DNA of 60,057 bases, counting the filler, from Bipalium vagum (taxonomy: Eukaryota): assembly GCA_037834085.1 (NCBI GenBank). It is 3 parts of 3 records of this genome, joined end to end, with 100 filler letters (N's around TTAATTAATTAA, not from the genome) between each part and the next. Parts side by side here need not be neighbours in the genome. Positions count along the whole stretch, not along the records: positions 1 to 19,092 come from JBBMKC010010715.1; positions 19,193 to 35,273 come from JBBMKC010128022.1; 1 more part is not named here. One strand, 5' to 3'. This document shows, one piece after another, positions 13,282 to 26,942 of the stretch. Within the stretch, counting starts at the first letter, position 1, and every line of letters begins with the position of its first letter. Under the pieces are notes generated by a model. It saw nothing but the letters and a program-made list of their open reading frames with translations, had not been told where the DNA came from and did no database searches. The position numbers were made by a program, and so were the translations under genes.

Positions 13282-14554
13282 GTAAGAATGGCTTTATTTA
13301 TTTTTATTCGGATTATCACAAAAAGGTTTAAGTGGATCAAAACATATATAAATATTGATTTACTATTTATTAATAATATTATTTATTTATATTTAAAAAA
13401 TCAATTATTTGAAAATCTTATATGATTTATTTTCAAATTATTGTTTTTATTTTGTTTAAATCATTTAAAATTTTTAAAAAAATAAATAATTTTTATTATA
13501 ATATTTCTAGTAATAAATAAAATTATTAATAAATAAAAGTATTAATACTTAAAATAATATACTATAAATTAATTAATATTTAAGATTTTGTTTAATAATT
13601 GAATTTTATTTAATGTAAAATTGAGAAATTTTATAAAAATTATTTAAACGAAATCCCTAGAAAAATCAATGAAAGTATGGTTAAAGATAGAAGAAATATT
13701 AAAAAAATACAAAAAATAAAAATATGTAAAAAAATAAGATTAATAAATTTAATATTTAAAGTAAACAAAAATTGAAATATATTATTTTTATAAGAGAAAT
13801 TGAATATAATTTAGTCTGTCTCTTCCAAGTATAAATATATGCATTATTTTTTCCTATCATTAATTATCCATGCAGTGTTTTTTGATAAAAAATAATAAAT
13901 ACATTATCATTGTATAATATTTTTTATATTTTTATTCTTTAATATAAAGCAACAAGAAATGATAATTTATTTTTTTTCTATTTCTGTTTTTCGATTGAAA
14001 AAAGATAATAAAATAGAAAAAATATTATAATAATTTATTATTTAAAAATATTTGATTTACCTTAAATAAACAGTGAAATATTTAAACAAAACAAATTTAA
14101 TTAAAAAAGCTTTTAAAGTTAAAATATCCTTGATAAAATAAGATAAAAGATGAAATATAAATATAATTAATTATATAAAAGTTATATTATTTTATTTGTA
14201 TCAATAAATCTTCAAAAAAATTAAATGAATAGTTTTTGTTATTAAATAATTCTTGGACATGTTTTGGGATAATAAAAAGAAAGAAAATTTTTACTGACAT
14301 CAAATGGAACTGTTACAATTAAATTGGAAAAGTTTAATTATTCCTTTCTTTTCATTGAAAATAAATTTCATAAAAAAGCTTGGTAAAAAAATAGAAAAAT
14401 CGAAAAATATTATAAAAGTAAATTATTGATAAAAATTTGGAAAAAAAATTAAAAAATATTTTTTAATTAAAGTTTAAGTTAAAATTTAAAATGCATTAAA
14501 AAAAAATTTAAAATTTAAATTTTTTAGAATTTATATTTTATCTCAAATTATTTA

Positions 14555-15350
14555 TATTTTATAACAAATGAGAAATAATATCTAATTTATTGTTCTAAAT
14601 ATTACTTATTATAATTATATATAATTATGTTAGTTGTTTTATTTAATTTATATAAAAATTTTAATATATTTTATTTTTAAATAATATATAATTTGTTTTT
14701 TATAATTTATGTTTTTATATATTATAAATACATTATAACAAATGAGAAATAATATATAATATATTGTTCTTAATAACATTCTCGTATTATTTAATTAATA
14801 TTTTTAAAAATATTTATGTATTTTATATATATTATTTATATATATTATTTAATTTATATAATTTTTAAATATTATAAAGTAAAAAAATTAAGAAACATTA
14901 TTTATATATTATGAAAAATGAGAAATAATATATAATTTATTGTCCTAAATATTACTTGTATTATTTAACTTTATTTAATTTATATAAATATTTTAATATA
15001 TTTTATTTCAAAATAATATGTGTATTATTTAATTTATGTTTTTATATATTATAAAATCAATTAAAATTTTTACAAATATTATTTATATACTATAACAAAT
15101 GAGGAATAATACATAATCTATTGTTTTTAATAATATACCTGTATTACTTAATTTATACGCTTTTTAAAAAGTTATTGTAACATATTTATTTTTTAAATAT
15201 TAAATAATAATTTTATTATTTTAATTTCTATAATTCTTTTCCGATATTATAATAAAATCAATTAAAAGTTTTATAAACATTTTTATATATTATAAAAAAG
15301 AGAAATAATCTAAAATTAAATTGTTTTAAATAGTACTTGTTTTATTTTAT
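14555..15350. repeat. Degenerate AT-rich tandem repeat, ~175-200 bp unit, 5 copies
   Basis: Anchor ATAACAAATGAGAAATAATAT.TAAT.TATTGTT recurs at ~14561, 14735, 14911, 15092 and 15292. Confidence 0.7.
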
Positions 15351-15379
15351 TTGTATAATTTTAAAAAATATTTTAACAT

Positions 15380-15494
15380 TGGGAGATAAATTTAAAATTC
15401 GTTGGGGGATGTAGCTCAGCGGTCACAGTAGTCCATGCACATGTTCGTATCCCGGGTTCGAATCCCTGTATCTGCGATAAATTTTTAACTAACA
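15380..15494 (+). mobile_element. tRNA-Ala-derived ~115-bp element with TG...CA ends and 5-bp TSD (solo-LTR/TRIM-like), copy A
   Basis: Flanked by AACAT (15375-15379) and AACAT (15495-15499); internal GGGGATGTAGCTCAGCGG (A box) and GGTTCGAATCC (B box); homologous end-to-end to 50471-50584. Confidence 0.85.
15405..15476 (+). pseudogene. tRNA-Ala-like sequence inside the mobile element (degenerate anticodon arm)
   Basis: GGGGATG 5' strand typical of eukaryotic tRNA-Ala, intact A and B boxes, mismatched D and anticodon stems. Confidence 0.7.
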
Positions 15495-16914
15495 AACATA
15501 TCTAATTTTTAAATAATTAATAATTTCTCTTTTTTGAATTTTATCTAATTTTTTTCAGATATTAAAATAAAATCAAAAAAGAGTTTTTACAAATATTTTT
15601 AAAAAATAAAATCCCCAAAATAACAGTGATAAAAAGTCAGAAAATGTCGTAAAATCGTTGAGATTTTCCCCCAGTTTTCCTCATTCTTAAAAGTCGCTTA
15701 ATAAAAGATTTCCAGTTCATTAATGTCGTGGATTTTTTCCCCTTTCTTTTCGCACAAGAAAAATTAAAATCATTATAAATTTGTATTTTCTTATAAACTT
15801 ACATTGTCTGGGACCGTAAATTAAAAGGGAATTTTTTATTGTTGAATAATTTTCGAAATAATAATTAACAAATCTCCGTTGCAGCACTTTGCTTCAGAAC
15901 GGGGAATAAAGATGGAAATCATTTTATTGTGGAAATCATGTTTTTCTTAGCAAATTTCTTTTTAATGATTATCAGAGCTATGGATCACTTCTGAATGTCA
16001 TATCGAAAAATATATTGGAAATGCCAAAACTTTAATAATAATATTGGGAATTTTCGTATTGAAAATAAATTTCATTTTTATACACATTTTTATTATTTTT
16101 TCCATAACTGAATGAAATCTCTCTCGAAAATTCTGAAAAATATATAAATATATATGTGAAAATTTTTATTTTGTAATTCCAACATACAATTTTAAATTTC
16201 TGAGAAAAATACGCTTGACCTGTGATGATGCTTCATTATTTATAAATGTAATATTTTTATTCTTTTTATAAAAAAAGATTTTTTTTTCAATGTATTTTAT
16301 TGAAATCTGTGGCATATCCCACCCATTTTTTAATCGATTAATACATGTATATTTTGAAAGTATCTTTCCCTACTAAACGACACAACTGGAGTTAGAAAAA
16401 AATTTTAATTAATTAAAATAATAAATTATAATAATTTATTAAATAATAGTTGATGTGGAATTTAATTTTTTAAAATTATTTTCATTGTGTTAAATTATTT
16501 TTAAAATTAAATATTGATTTGTTCAGTTAGAAATGAGCGTTTTTTAATGAATAACATTTATTATAGCATAAACCACCAAAAACAGAGCATTTTTAATTTT
16601 ATTATTTATATTTGTCTCATAATACCAATATTAACTTTCATTTCATTTTCTTTTTTTTTAGATTGTAATAAAAATTTCTGTGATTTTGATAACTATTTTT
16701 TCTTTTAAAATAATTTTTTTAATAAAAATTCTTGAAAAATTGATTTTTGTTGTTGTATTTTATTATCAAACCATATTTGTTTAAATAAACATATCAATGG
16801 ATTTATTTGAATTTATAATTATTGCAAAATGTTTACATAAAAATTGCAATTTGAGGTTTGATCTGTCATTATTGCAAAAAAGGAAATCAACTTGGAAAAT
16901 AAATTTAAAAATAT

Positions 16915-17160
16915 AGATGACCAAAAATAAACGAATTGTATTTGTATGTGGTTGGATGTTAAATAATGAAAGACTGCCGCAGAATCATACCGAACAATGT
17001 GTGATGTGTTTGGTTACTTTGTTATTAGTAATATTCAATAAAAAATATGTTTAGAGCTATTTAATATGGAAATGTAGATTTGAAAGATGATCAGCATGGA
17101 CGACGTTTTTAGACGCTGGATAATGATGATTTAAAAGAAGTCATTTAGACATATCCTATA
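16915..17160 (+). mobile_element. Mariner transposase N-terminal relic
   Basis: KTAAESYRTMCDVFG..GNVDLKDDQHGRR..LDNDDLKEVI matches the mariner HTH and DxxRSGRP region. Confidence 0.6.
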
Positions 17161-18994
17161 GGAATAACAAAATAATACAAAAATTGCAAAATATTACAAA
17201 CAAATTTCTATCAGAATTTTGAATCTGTCCTAATACAATACTAATTTCTAAACCATTAAAAATTAATGTGTAATCTTATTGTTTTTTTATTTTGAAGTCG
17301 AAGAAATTTGATATATACAGGGTCGTCGAGATAAATTTGAAACATTTTTAAAGTTATATGAAGAGAAGATCATTTGAGTAATCAATAATTATTTTTCTTT
17401 AAGTAAGCTACTTAACAATAATATAGATTAATCAAATTTCAATTATTTAATATTAGTGATGGATTCAGAATATGATCGGATAAATAACAACTAATAAAAA
17501 CTGATAATAAATGATTTATTTTTTTATTTAGCTCAGCAGCTGGTTAATCTTTGTTAAAGTAATACGAACCAATATGCCTGAAATGAACATAAATATCTTT
17601 TATATTGATTTATTTAAATATCCAATAGAAAATAGGTTTTTTAAACAAAACATTCTTTTGACACAAATAATTTTTTTAATTTGTCATTAAAACTACTTTT
17701 ATCAAACTAAAAATTTAGAAGCAATTTAACGCAATTCTTCAAAAAAAATATTATCCAACCCAATATAATGATTGAAATATATTATATTATAATATATTAT
17801 ATTAAAATTATTATAATCAATTTATACTATGATTATATTGTGAAATATTAATTATAATAATTTATTAAATGATAATATATAGAAAAAGTGTATTTTTCAA
17901 ATGAAATAATAAATGCCACATTAATTATTATAATAAGCGATAAACGATAAAATTAATGTTCCAAATAAAATATTATTTGTATTATTTAATTCAAATAGAT
18001 AAGAGTAATTCAACTTATCAGTGCAGTAACACATTTGACGATTTAAACAAAAAACAAAAATTAAAAATGGAAAAATAAATAATTTTTTTGATATATTTAA
18101 AAAAAAGATTCGATTAAATTATTATAAAAAAATCACGAAAAGTTCTATTTCCAAACTATTTCCGAACGTCTTTCCAATTTCTAAAGATCCCATCATATTG
18201 AAAATGGTTCCCCTTGAAAGAAAGAGAGGATATTTTTTCCGTTTTTTCTATTTTTTTTTAACGAAATTTTCTTTTTGAGACGCTAAACATTTTCACCATT
18301 TGTTTATTTTTCGAGGAAGAAAATTTGTTTGCAATAATAGACATTTGAAAATAGTCAAGTTGTTTTCAATTGATTCACTTAAGGAGAAAGGTTAGAAGCA
18401 TCTGAAATGGAGGAAAATTGAATTGGGTTGATAATTTATCAAGTGTTTCTTGTCGACGCTCAGATGAATTAATACAGCTGTTCTCCCCTCAATAACCCTA
18501 TCTTACAAGTAGTACTTTTTACGAGTTTCATTTACAAATCATCACCGCTTATACATATATAAAATTTAATTTTCGTTTCTCCAACAAAAAAAATAATTTT
18601 TCAATTTTTTTTCCTCAAAATATTATGTATTATTTTTTCCTTAATTCATTACAACACCAAATGGACGAATTTCTATGTGAGAAGATTTGATGGTTTTGCA
18701 AATTCCTTTTAGAAAAAAATTATAATTTTTTTATTTATTTGTTTCAATGAATTAGAAGAAATTCATAACAATTTGAAATTATGGAATTTTTTGTCAACTT
18801 AATAATTATTATTTTTCTATAATTATTAATTTTGTTTTTTTTGTTGTTTTTCATTGGTTTGTTTAAGAAATAGTAAATATTGACTTGCGATTCTTGAATG
18901 AAAATAAATAAATAATTAAAAATTAAAATTATATTAATAAAGAATTTAAAGTTTTAAAATTATCATAGATAAAATTAAAATTGAAAATTTTATT

Positions 18995-19092
18995 AATTTA
19001 AAATAAAAATTTTAATAATTTAAAATAAAAATTTTAATAATTTAAAATAAAAATTTTAATAATTTAAAATAAAAATTTTAATAATTTAAAAT
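18995..19092. repeat. 22-bp minisatellite (AATTTAAAATAAAAATTTTAAT) running into the gap
   Basis: About 4.5 exact tandem units ending at the N run. Confidence 0.85.
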
Positions 19093-19192
19093 NNNNNNNN
19101 NNNNNNNNNNNNNNNNNNNNNNNNNNNNNNNNNNNNTTAATTAATTAANNNNNNNNNNNNNNNNNNNNNNNNNNNNNNNNNNNNNNNNNNNN
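19093..19192. other. Artificial contig linker N44-TTAATTAATTAA-N44
   Basis: Exactly 100 bp with a six-frame stop spacer in the centre; identical to 35274-35373. Confidence 0.95.
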
Positions 19193-19375
19193 CTTTAATA
19201 TAGAATCTGATGAAGAATTTAAAGGATTTGATTAATAAAATTTTGTATTCTTAATAAAATAATTGTGTTATTTAAATGTACTTAATTTTTCCTAAATTCT
19301 TTAGATAAGACGCATACTTAAGCATAAGGCGGATCTCAAAATTTTTAGATTATTAACTTCCCCGGTACTTTACGG
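19193..19375 (+). mobile_element. 3' end of a pogo/Tc2-like element
   Basis: Acidic C-terminus NIESDEEFKGFD*, subterminal ATAAGACGCA/ATAAGGCG motifs, terminus ...GGTACTTTACGG followed by TA. Confidence 0.55.
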
Positions 19376-19559
19376 TATTCATTCCATGAATTGCCACCAT
19401 GGTAAAAGTTTACTGAATTGAATTTTATTCTGCTATGAAATTGAAATTAAATTCAATTTTAATGAGGTGGGTTACCTTTACGTTTCGGAAACCTGTTATC
19501 ACAAAACTGTCATAAATAGAATACTTGGGTTTCATAATAATACATCGAAGGTAAATACT

Positions 19560-19995
19560 AAAGATGGACATAAGGAGGTTGTTGAAACATATTCATTCAT
19601 CAAGTCCAGATATTACCGTCTCTGAAATCATTGGGATTTTCAGAGGAGAATAAAATTGATGATAATGAAGATGATGAATAAAAAACGATTTGGAGAAAAA
19701 AAAATCAATAATGTTTTGATCACATGTAAAAATAGAAAAAAACGTTACTAAATCATAGAGAATATGTTAAAGAGGAATATATACAAAAAGTTACTGATGT
19801 ATTGATAAAAGTAGAGAAAATTATTAATCCATCAAGGAAATTGAAAATGACGTCATACTTTGAGAAAATTTTGAATTTTATTAAATAAATTCTTCAATAA
19901 AAATTTGTTTCTAGGCAATCCACTTTTTATCAAGATTCGGCTAATCCAGAGTAAAGCTTACGGTCCCCAGTTATCCGGATTAGCCAAACTCCAAA
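19560..19995 (+). mobile_element. Possible Tigger/pogo 3' relic
   Basis: Acidic stretch DDNEDDE, then KLKMTSYFEK (cf. KQTxITxFF) and a TTATCCGGATTAGCC-type subterminal region. Confidence 0.35.
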
Positions 19996-21750
19996 AGTAA
20001 AGCATATTTTCTTATTATTTTTTTAAAAATTCCACAACAAACAGCAAATATAAATTAACATCTTAAAGCAAAATTTTCCTTTCCAAACCGAGAAGAAATT
20101 GCAAAATTGTTTGATTAAAAATAACCCAATTTAAAGTTTGAAAATAATTTGATTTAATAAACTGAAAATTAAATTCGAAATTAATGAATCTCAATGTGGT
20201 GATCGAAGATTTATGGAGAATGGTCGAAAAGAAATTCCATTCAAACTTCAGACTCATATTAAAATCTCACTCTGTATTAGAAAACGTGATAAAAATTAAG
20301 TGGGAAATCTGAAAAAGAAAATCGGTACTCAAAAACACGTATTATAAGAAAAAAAATTAAATTCTGTTACTCTGTCATTCTCATTATCACATTCTCAAAC
20401 ATTTTTATCCTCACAGTTCTACGAATAAAAGATCAATTTAACGGTTCTTTGAGTGACGTGCATCTTTTCTGTTGACTTTTATCACAATAATCAGAAGAAT
20501 ATTGGTGGAATCTTATCACTTTATTCAATATTTTAATATATATATTTCAAATTCTATTGGTTATTATTTTATTTTATTAAGTTAGAAATTGTAAAATGTA
20601 GTCCCGAGAATTTCGAAACAAATTAATTATTTCTTAAGAAATTTAATATTCTTTTTTAAAAATTGTAGAGTAACCAAATAATTACAATAATTTTTTAAAA
20701 ATAAATAATTTAAAATAATATTAATTATTATTATTATATTTTATAAGTAACGGTAAAGATATTAAATAATTACTGGAAGGATTTAGACAATTTATAATCA
20801 AATACATTTAAAGTGATAAAGAAATTTTGATTATATCAATAATTATTTTATTTTTCCTCAGAGGAAAATCTGTCGGTCATTCATATTTAAATTGAAAAGC
20901 AACAGAACTTCAAAATTTAGTTAAATGAATAAAGATAATTAAGATTTTGCCGAATTTTATATGTTATAATGTAAATATTTTGCTTTGATATTTTCTCCGG
21001 TTGTTACACTGTTGAACATCATTTGATATATATTATATTATGGATTTGTAAACTCCTTTCATTGTTTTTCTTAAATTTCAAATTTTAAAGGAAAAGGTTA
21101 TCGCATCATTGTATTTTGTATAAATAACAATGATTATACGAGAATGGGAAATGTAAATCAATAAAACTCATTTATTGCCTTTCCTGATAATTCTCAGCCG
21201 TTGTCAAAAAAGTATTTTTTGAAATCTCTGGAATTGAAACCATGAATCATTCATGTGACAGGATTGGTTTAGAAAGTTTCAAAGTAGCAATTTTGATTCA
21301 ACCGAAAAGTCAAAAATCGACAGACTTTAAGATCTCACGAAGTGAAAACCATATTGGTTTTCTTCATTGTGAATAAAAAGCACGAATAAAAAGATGACAA
21401 AGCTGCATAGGAAGATAATATATAAACCTTTTCTTTATTTCTGGACTTTATAAGCAAACAATGAAATAATGCAAAAAAAACTGTCCTTTCAATTTATTGT
21501 GAGTTTTGAAATGAACTAGCTTGAATACATTTGTTTCACTATTTTCAGGATATTTAAGTAGGTAGCTGGATAGTTTCATAAATGTTCAGATTTTTGTGCC
21601 CGTTGCAACATTGTTCATTAGAAATTTATTAAATAATGCATATTGATGACATTTTGGAAAAGGTACCAAATTAAAGATTACAAAGAATTTTTATATTAAA
21701 AAATTAAAAATATTAAGTTTTTAAAGTAATTTAGAATTTTTTTAAAATTA

Positions 21751-22442
21751 AGGGTATGCATAAGTTCACATCGTTTTAAGATAAATAATTATTATTAATA
21801 TTACAAATAACACAGTACATTCAATCAAAATATTTTCCGTCATTATTCAAAACTTTCCCCCATCTTTCAGATGACAGATAGATACTCAGATGAAAAAAGT
21901 CTTTGTTCTTGGATTGAATGAATTTTCGTACCTCTTCAATATTGCCGAATCGAGTATCCGAAAGACTGCTGCATGGAACAAAATAGATGAAAATCTGACG
22001 TTGAAAAACTTTCTTGTCAATTCTACACACTATTGAGTAGAATCCTCTTGCAAAAGTGCTTCCACGAGAGCCAATTTCCTTTCATGTGGACGCCAAATGC
22101 GTTTTTTGTTATTCACACCAAAATCTTGAGTTTTGAAACGTCAAAACATTTGACGACATTAGCTCTGGGGTACTGCTCCATCACCATATGTATTGCAAAT
22201 GATCTGAGTTGCTTCGGCTGATGTTTTGCTCTGATTAAACAAAAGCAACTTGCAGCAGCGTATATGAATTTTATCTACTTCCATTATAATTTCTGCAAAT
22301 GAATTGGTAAACTTAGATTAAATATCAAATTAATGCTATAAATATAATCAATATTGACTTACTTACAAAATACAAATTTTTAGATGTTATATTATTAATA
22401 TTACTTAAATTCCGCATACACAAGTGAAATTATGCATACCCA
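21751..22442 (-). mobile_element. Internally deleted mariner with both TIRs and TA flanks
   Basis: TIRs AGGGTATGCATAAGTTCAC and (rc) TGGGTATGCATAATTTCAC, each bounded by TA; N-terminus MEVDKIHIRCCKLLLFNQSKTSAEATQIICNTYGDGAV; C-terminus RFGNIEEVRKFI..ERWGKVLNNDGKYFD*; catalytic core missing. Confidence 0.85.
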
Positions 22443-25400
22443 TAATAAATACAGATCGCAAAATTCGTGGATGGTTTCAACTTAATATTTGTATTCATTA
22501 GTATATATATAATTAAACTTAAGTGTTTTACGAGATCATATCACTGTTACCTTACACAATATAATTGGAAAAATCCCCGATAAAGAACTCTGAATAAAAA
22601 TTAATTAAAAAAGTGTCTTCATATGAATATCTGAACATTTTATTTTTACCAAATTCTCAATGGCATATTCGGAAATTTTAGTTTTATTGATCATAACTTT
22701 TGAGAATTTATATTTGAAAATATTTAAAGATTTTATTTATGTTTTCATATTGAAAAAGATTATTGTTCTTTTCTTTTAAAATGGAAAAAATTTTTAATTA
22801 AAGATAAAAATAAATTTTATCAAGAAAAATAATTTGAAAAACAAAAAGATTACTGAAGAGGGTGTTTGGAAAAATTGACAAAAATATCATAAAAATATAC
22901 AAATAAAATAGTCCTTATAAACAATCCTTATTGGAATTTAAAGAGAAAAGCTATGAAGGATAATTATATTTAATTTGAAATCTATAGACCAATTCATTAA
23001 AAAATATAATCAATACAAAACACAATAAAAATTATAGATCAATAAATTGTCTTTTTTATTTAACAAATATAGAAATAATTTGTTGCTCGTTTCAACAATA
23101 TTTGATAAAAACTCATTCTCACTGTGCTCTGAAAGTAAACAGATAAGAGATAAATAATTAACCAACTTCAAGCATTGTTGACAATCAATGAGTGGGCTCA
23201 AGAACTGGCTGACCATAAAAATAAATATGGATAAAATAGGAAAATTACTAAAAGATAAATTAGACCTCGCACTGTCGAATTGGTTTATGACAGTTAAGAA
23301 TGGATTATCTGCATTTATATCAGACAGAATAATGAGGAGAACAGATTAACAAGAAAATCTAAACCTCGTAATTGTGTTGATCATAATTAAAACAGAGAAA
23401 AATTGAAAAAATTGATAGAAGAAAAAAAAAGTTAGGAAAATATTTTAAAAACATATTTTCTTTAAGTAAAATATACAAAAATAAATAAATAAAAATATTT
23501 TTATTCTCTTTAATTCTGATCTCTGTACCCCAGGTATGTCAAATTATCAGATTAAATATTTTATTATTATTATATTACATAAAAATATTAACTATTTAAC
23601 AATAATTATTATTTTGATGATATTAATTCTTATTATTTTAATATATTTTAATATAATTTTTATTTTTTCTCATATTTTACCTCAATACATGACGATTTGA
23701 AATTTATTATTGATTTTTCATGATTAAATTTCACAATTTATTTTATACTAAGAATAAAAAAAATGATAAACAGAAATGTTATCACATTTATTATAAATAA
23801 AAAACGACATCAAGAATGTCGTGAGTGGCCCAAAACAGCAGATCTAATTGGAGAAATCTTAAAAATATTTCTGTTCCAGATCAAAAACTCCTCAGTTTCG
23901 GTTGTGATCTCTTTTGTGCCATAAATAATTAATAAAATTCCTGGTAATTATTAAGAAGTCTGTCAAAATTATTTTTCAATACGGATTTAGAGGGATTGCT
24001 TTGAAAAATGTTGTATGATAAATTTTATTAAATATTGTAGAAAAATTGTTTAATTTTTTAAAAATCATTACTGTTAAAGTTCATATGATAACTGTGTTAA
24101 GTCTCTAATGACAAAAACTGAAAACTCTACATTGATGTTATTTTTCCTTTTCCAAAGCAATTACTTGCCAAGGAGACCCAGTGATGCGTGATTAGTTTTT
24201 AGAATTTTGAGAGTGACTAATTGCACGGAAGCTTTTCCTGGGGAATTCTTAAATCTTTTGTTTATTATTTGGACAATGCTGATTCGTTAGGCGTTTTGTA
24301 AAACAATCCTTCTTTGTACAGGAAACATTTGTAATTAGGCGAAATGATATAATAATACTATCAATGTTCGTCAGTCTTATCAAAATATATATTATATCAA
24401 TTTTGATCTGATCTTAAGTAAATGTGAAAAGGTTTTGATGAAAACTGATTGCAATATTTCTCTTGAGTATTCTGACTTCATAATGTGCTTGTTTTATTGT
24501 TGGTATCTTTTCACTGTGAAGTTTAATTTCCTTTGCTATACACTGAGCATTTCATTCATTTTATAAAATTATATAAATAACTTTAATAAATATATTTTTA
24601 TAATTTTATTTCTTCCTAAAAATATCTTAAATAAATAATACTTGTTTCATATGTGGATTAAGGCATAAAATGTTTACTTTGATTAAAGAAAAATAATTCT
24701 TACATTTCATAAAGATTGTTATCAATCACAAAATGTCAGAAACAAACAATGAGTTTGTTGACAATTATTCAAAATCATGAGAAAATTTTCAATTTATGTG
24801 TTTAAGCTCTTTTTTACATATTATATTCAAAAATGTTTTCTCAAAAATTCTGGTAGTATTTATAAAATTATCCCTCAAGTCACATATTATTAATTTTGTT
24901 TTAATAATTGATCATTTTGTTTAAATAAACATTATTTAAGGATATTAAAAATAAAGCTTTATGGCAAATCAAATCAAAGGTTTATCCAAATCAAGCTTTG
25001 ATTTTATAACAATTCTTTGTACAGACATTCGGTCAGAATTTGCAATCTTTTTTTAAGACCAAAGTTATCTTATTCCACGTTATAAGTAGTCAGATGCTGC
25101 TCTGAAACAGTGGTTATAAAAACATGATGCGGTTCTTCTATGGCATTATTACGTCCTGGATGTCATAGAAATTCTTATCAGCTTACATTTGTCGCACCGA
25201 TAAGTCTCGTCAAAAGTGTCATAGTCCTCTTTGTCTAAAATACTGAAGATGATAAAAACTATGTGATATAAGTATCAAGAATCATTCAGCTTGGTCATAT
25301 TAATCCAAGAATGTTAAATTTCTTCTACAACTATTCAAATAACTGATTTGAGATAGGTAATTACATGTTTCAAATGCTGTTGATAGGAGATTTTTGGTTC

Positions 25401-26942
25401 AGCAAATCGTACATTTTGTTTCCTTCTGTGGTAATTAGCTTAATTATTTTTATAATCGATAGCAAATATAGCAATTTTTGGATATCAAAACATTTATAAT
25501 CTAAGCAGGAGGGTCGTGGATCCCATCAAACTACCAAATACTCAGGTCATAAGGATTTAAAATAAAAGAATTTAATTCTATTATGGAAAAATGTGCGGCC
25601 AGTTCATTCAACAACACCAATTATTTCTGGAAAAAATCCATAGTCATAGCCGAGACAAATATTAAAAAAAACTTCCTCTTATAAATGACAACCATATCTT
25701 TGATTTGAAATAAATCACTGCTTTTGTTTTTCCTCAAATGATTTTCATGACACAAATCTTTTTTTCGAAGAATTCTAGACCTATAGTAAAGAAAGTGTCT
25801 TATGATTTAAAAATAAGAAATTCATATAACAAGTTGGTTTGTTATTATATACAAATTTACTAACTGTCTTAATATTTTTTTGCATCCCTACATTGTGACC
25901 TACATGTGTAATATGGTTCGGGCAAGTTTCAACTTTTGACATTCTAAATATCCGTCAACTAATTAATTTTTAAAGGAAAACAAGATTTTTTCTATTGAAC
26001 TTTGGTCACCAATTTTAAGATCTAGTATTCTTCTGTCAATATATGACAATAATTTTGGGTTTCAGCTTCCTTTTAATATTATGTTATTATATTATTATAG
26101 CATATTATTATAACATGTAATCCACTGAGATCATTATTTGATTGTATGCAGTTGTATATTAGCTAGTCTTCACAAGTTCTACGTTTACAAAGATTGTCAA
26201 AAGAAAGAAAGAAAGTAAAAAAGAAATACCAAGCATTTAAATTTTAATGAAATTTCAAAAATATAAATAAAATTATAATAAATTTGAAGGTGGTTTGGTA
26301 CTAAATTGATTTACATACACAAATTGACTATCAAGTTAAATGCTGATTGAAATAGTCGGAATATGTCGGTATACATGTGTGTGATGTATGTGAAAGTATT
26401 ACTGATAAAAATTATTGTAAAAATGATTTTTCTCAAATACTCAAAATATTACATTAAATAAAAGTATTAAGGAAACTTTGAGAAAAATTTCATATCAAAC
26501 TTTTAACGAATATTATTATGTATATGAACATTTCTATTGCATTAAATTGGCAGACAGAAATATGACATGTTAATCTTAAATCAGGGTCTGTTCTGTCAGT
26601 TTTGGTTGAGATCAAAATTCTTACAGGACTTCTATACCAGTTACTGGAAACGGATTTATATAATAGTAAACTGTTTCTAAAAGATAATTTATGAGAAACA
26701 ACGATTTTCAAAGGATAATCAACGGCACTTTATATATGCAAAGCTTTGCTATCAATTAGAATAAATCAGAGTCATTTATCCAACAAGAAATGCGAAACCA
26801 AATTCGACTACCGATCAATGATAATATGTAATGTGAGAATAAATTTATCCTTGCTTTCACATGCAATTAAATAATAGAAAATGAGTCGAGTTACAAGAAC
26901 TAATTTCACAAATGTTATAATATTGTTAACAGGATTATGAAA

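Noticed and set aside
13282-13425. C-terminal 47 aa of the 980-aa ORF (VRMALFIF...)
   Set aside because: Begins exactly at a GTAAGA donor and has intron-like AT composition; treated as read-through.
19137-19148. Palindromic TTAATTAATTAA within N runs
   Set aside because: Assembly linker, not biological.
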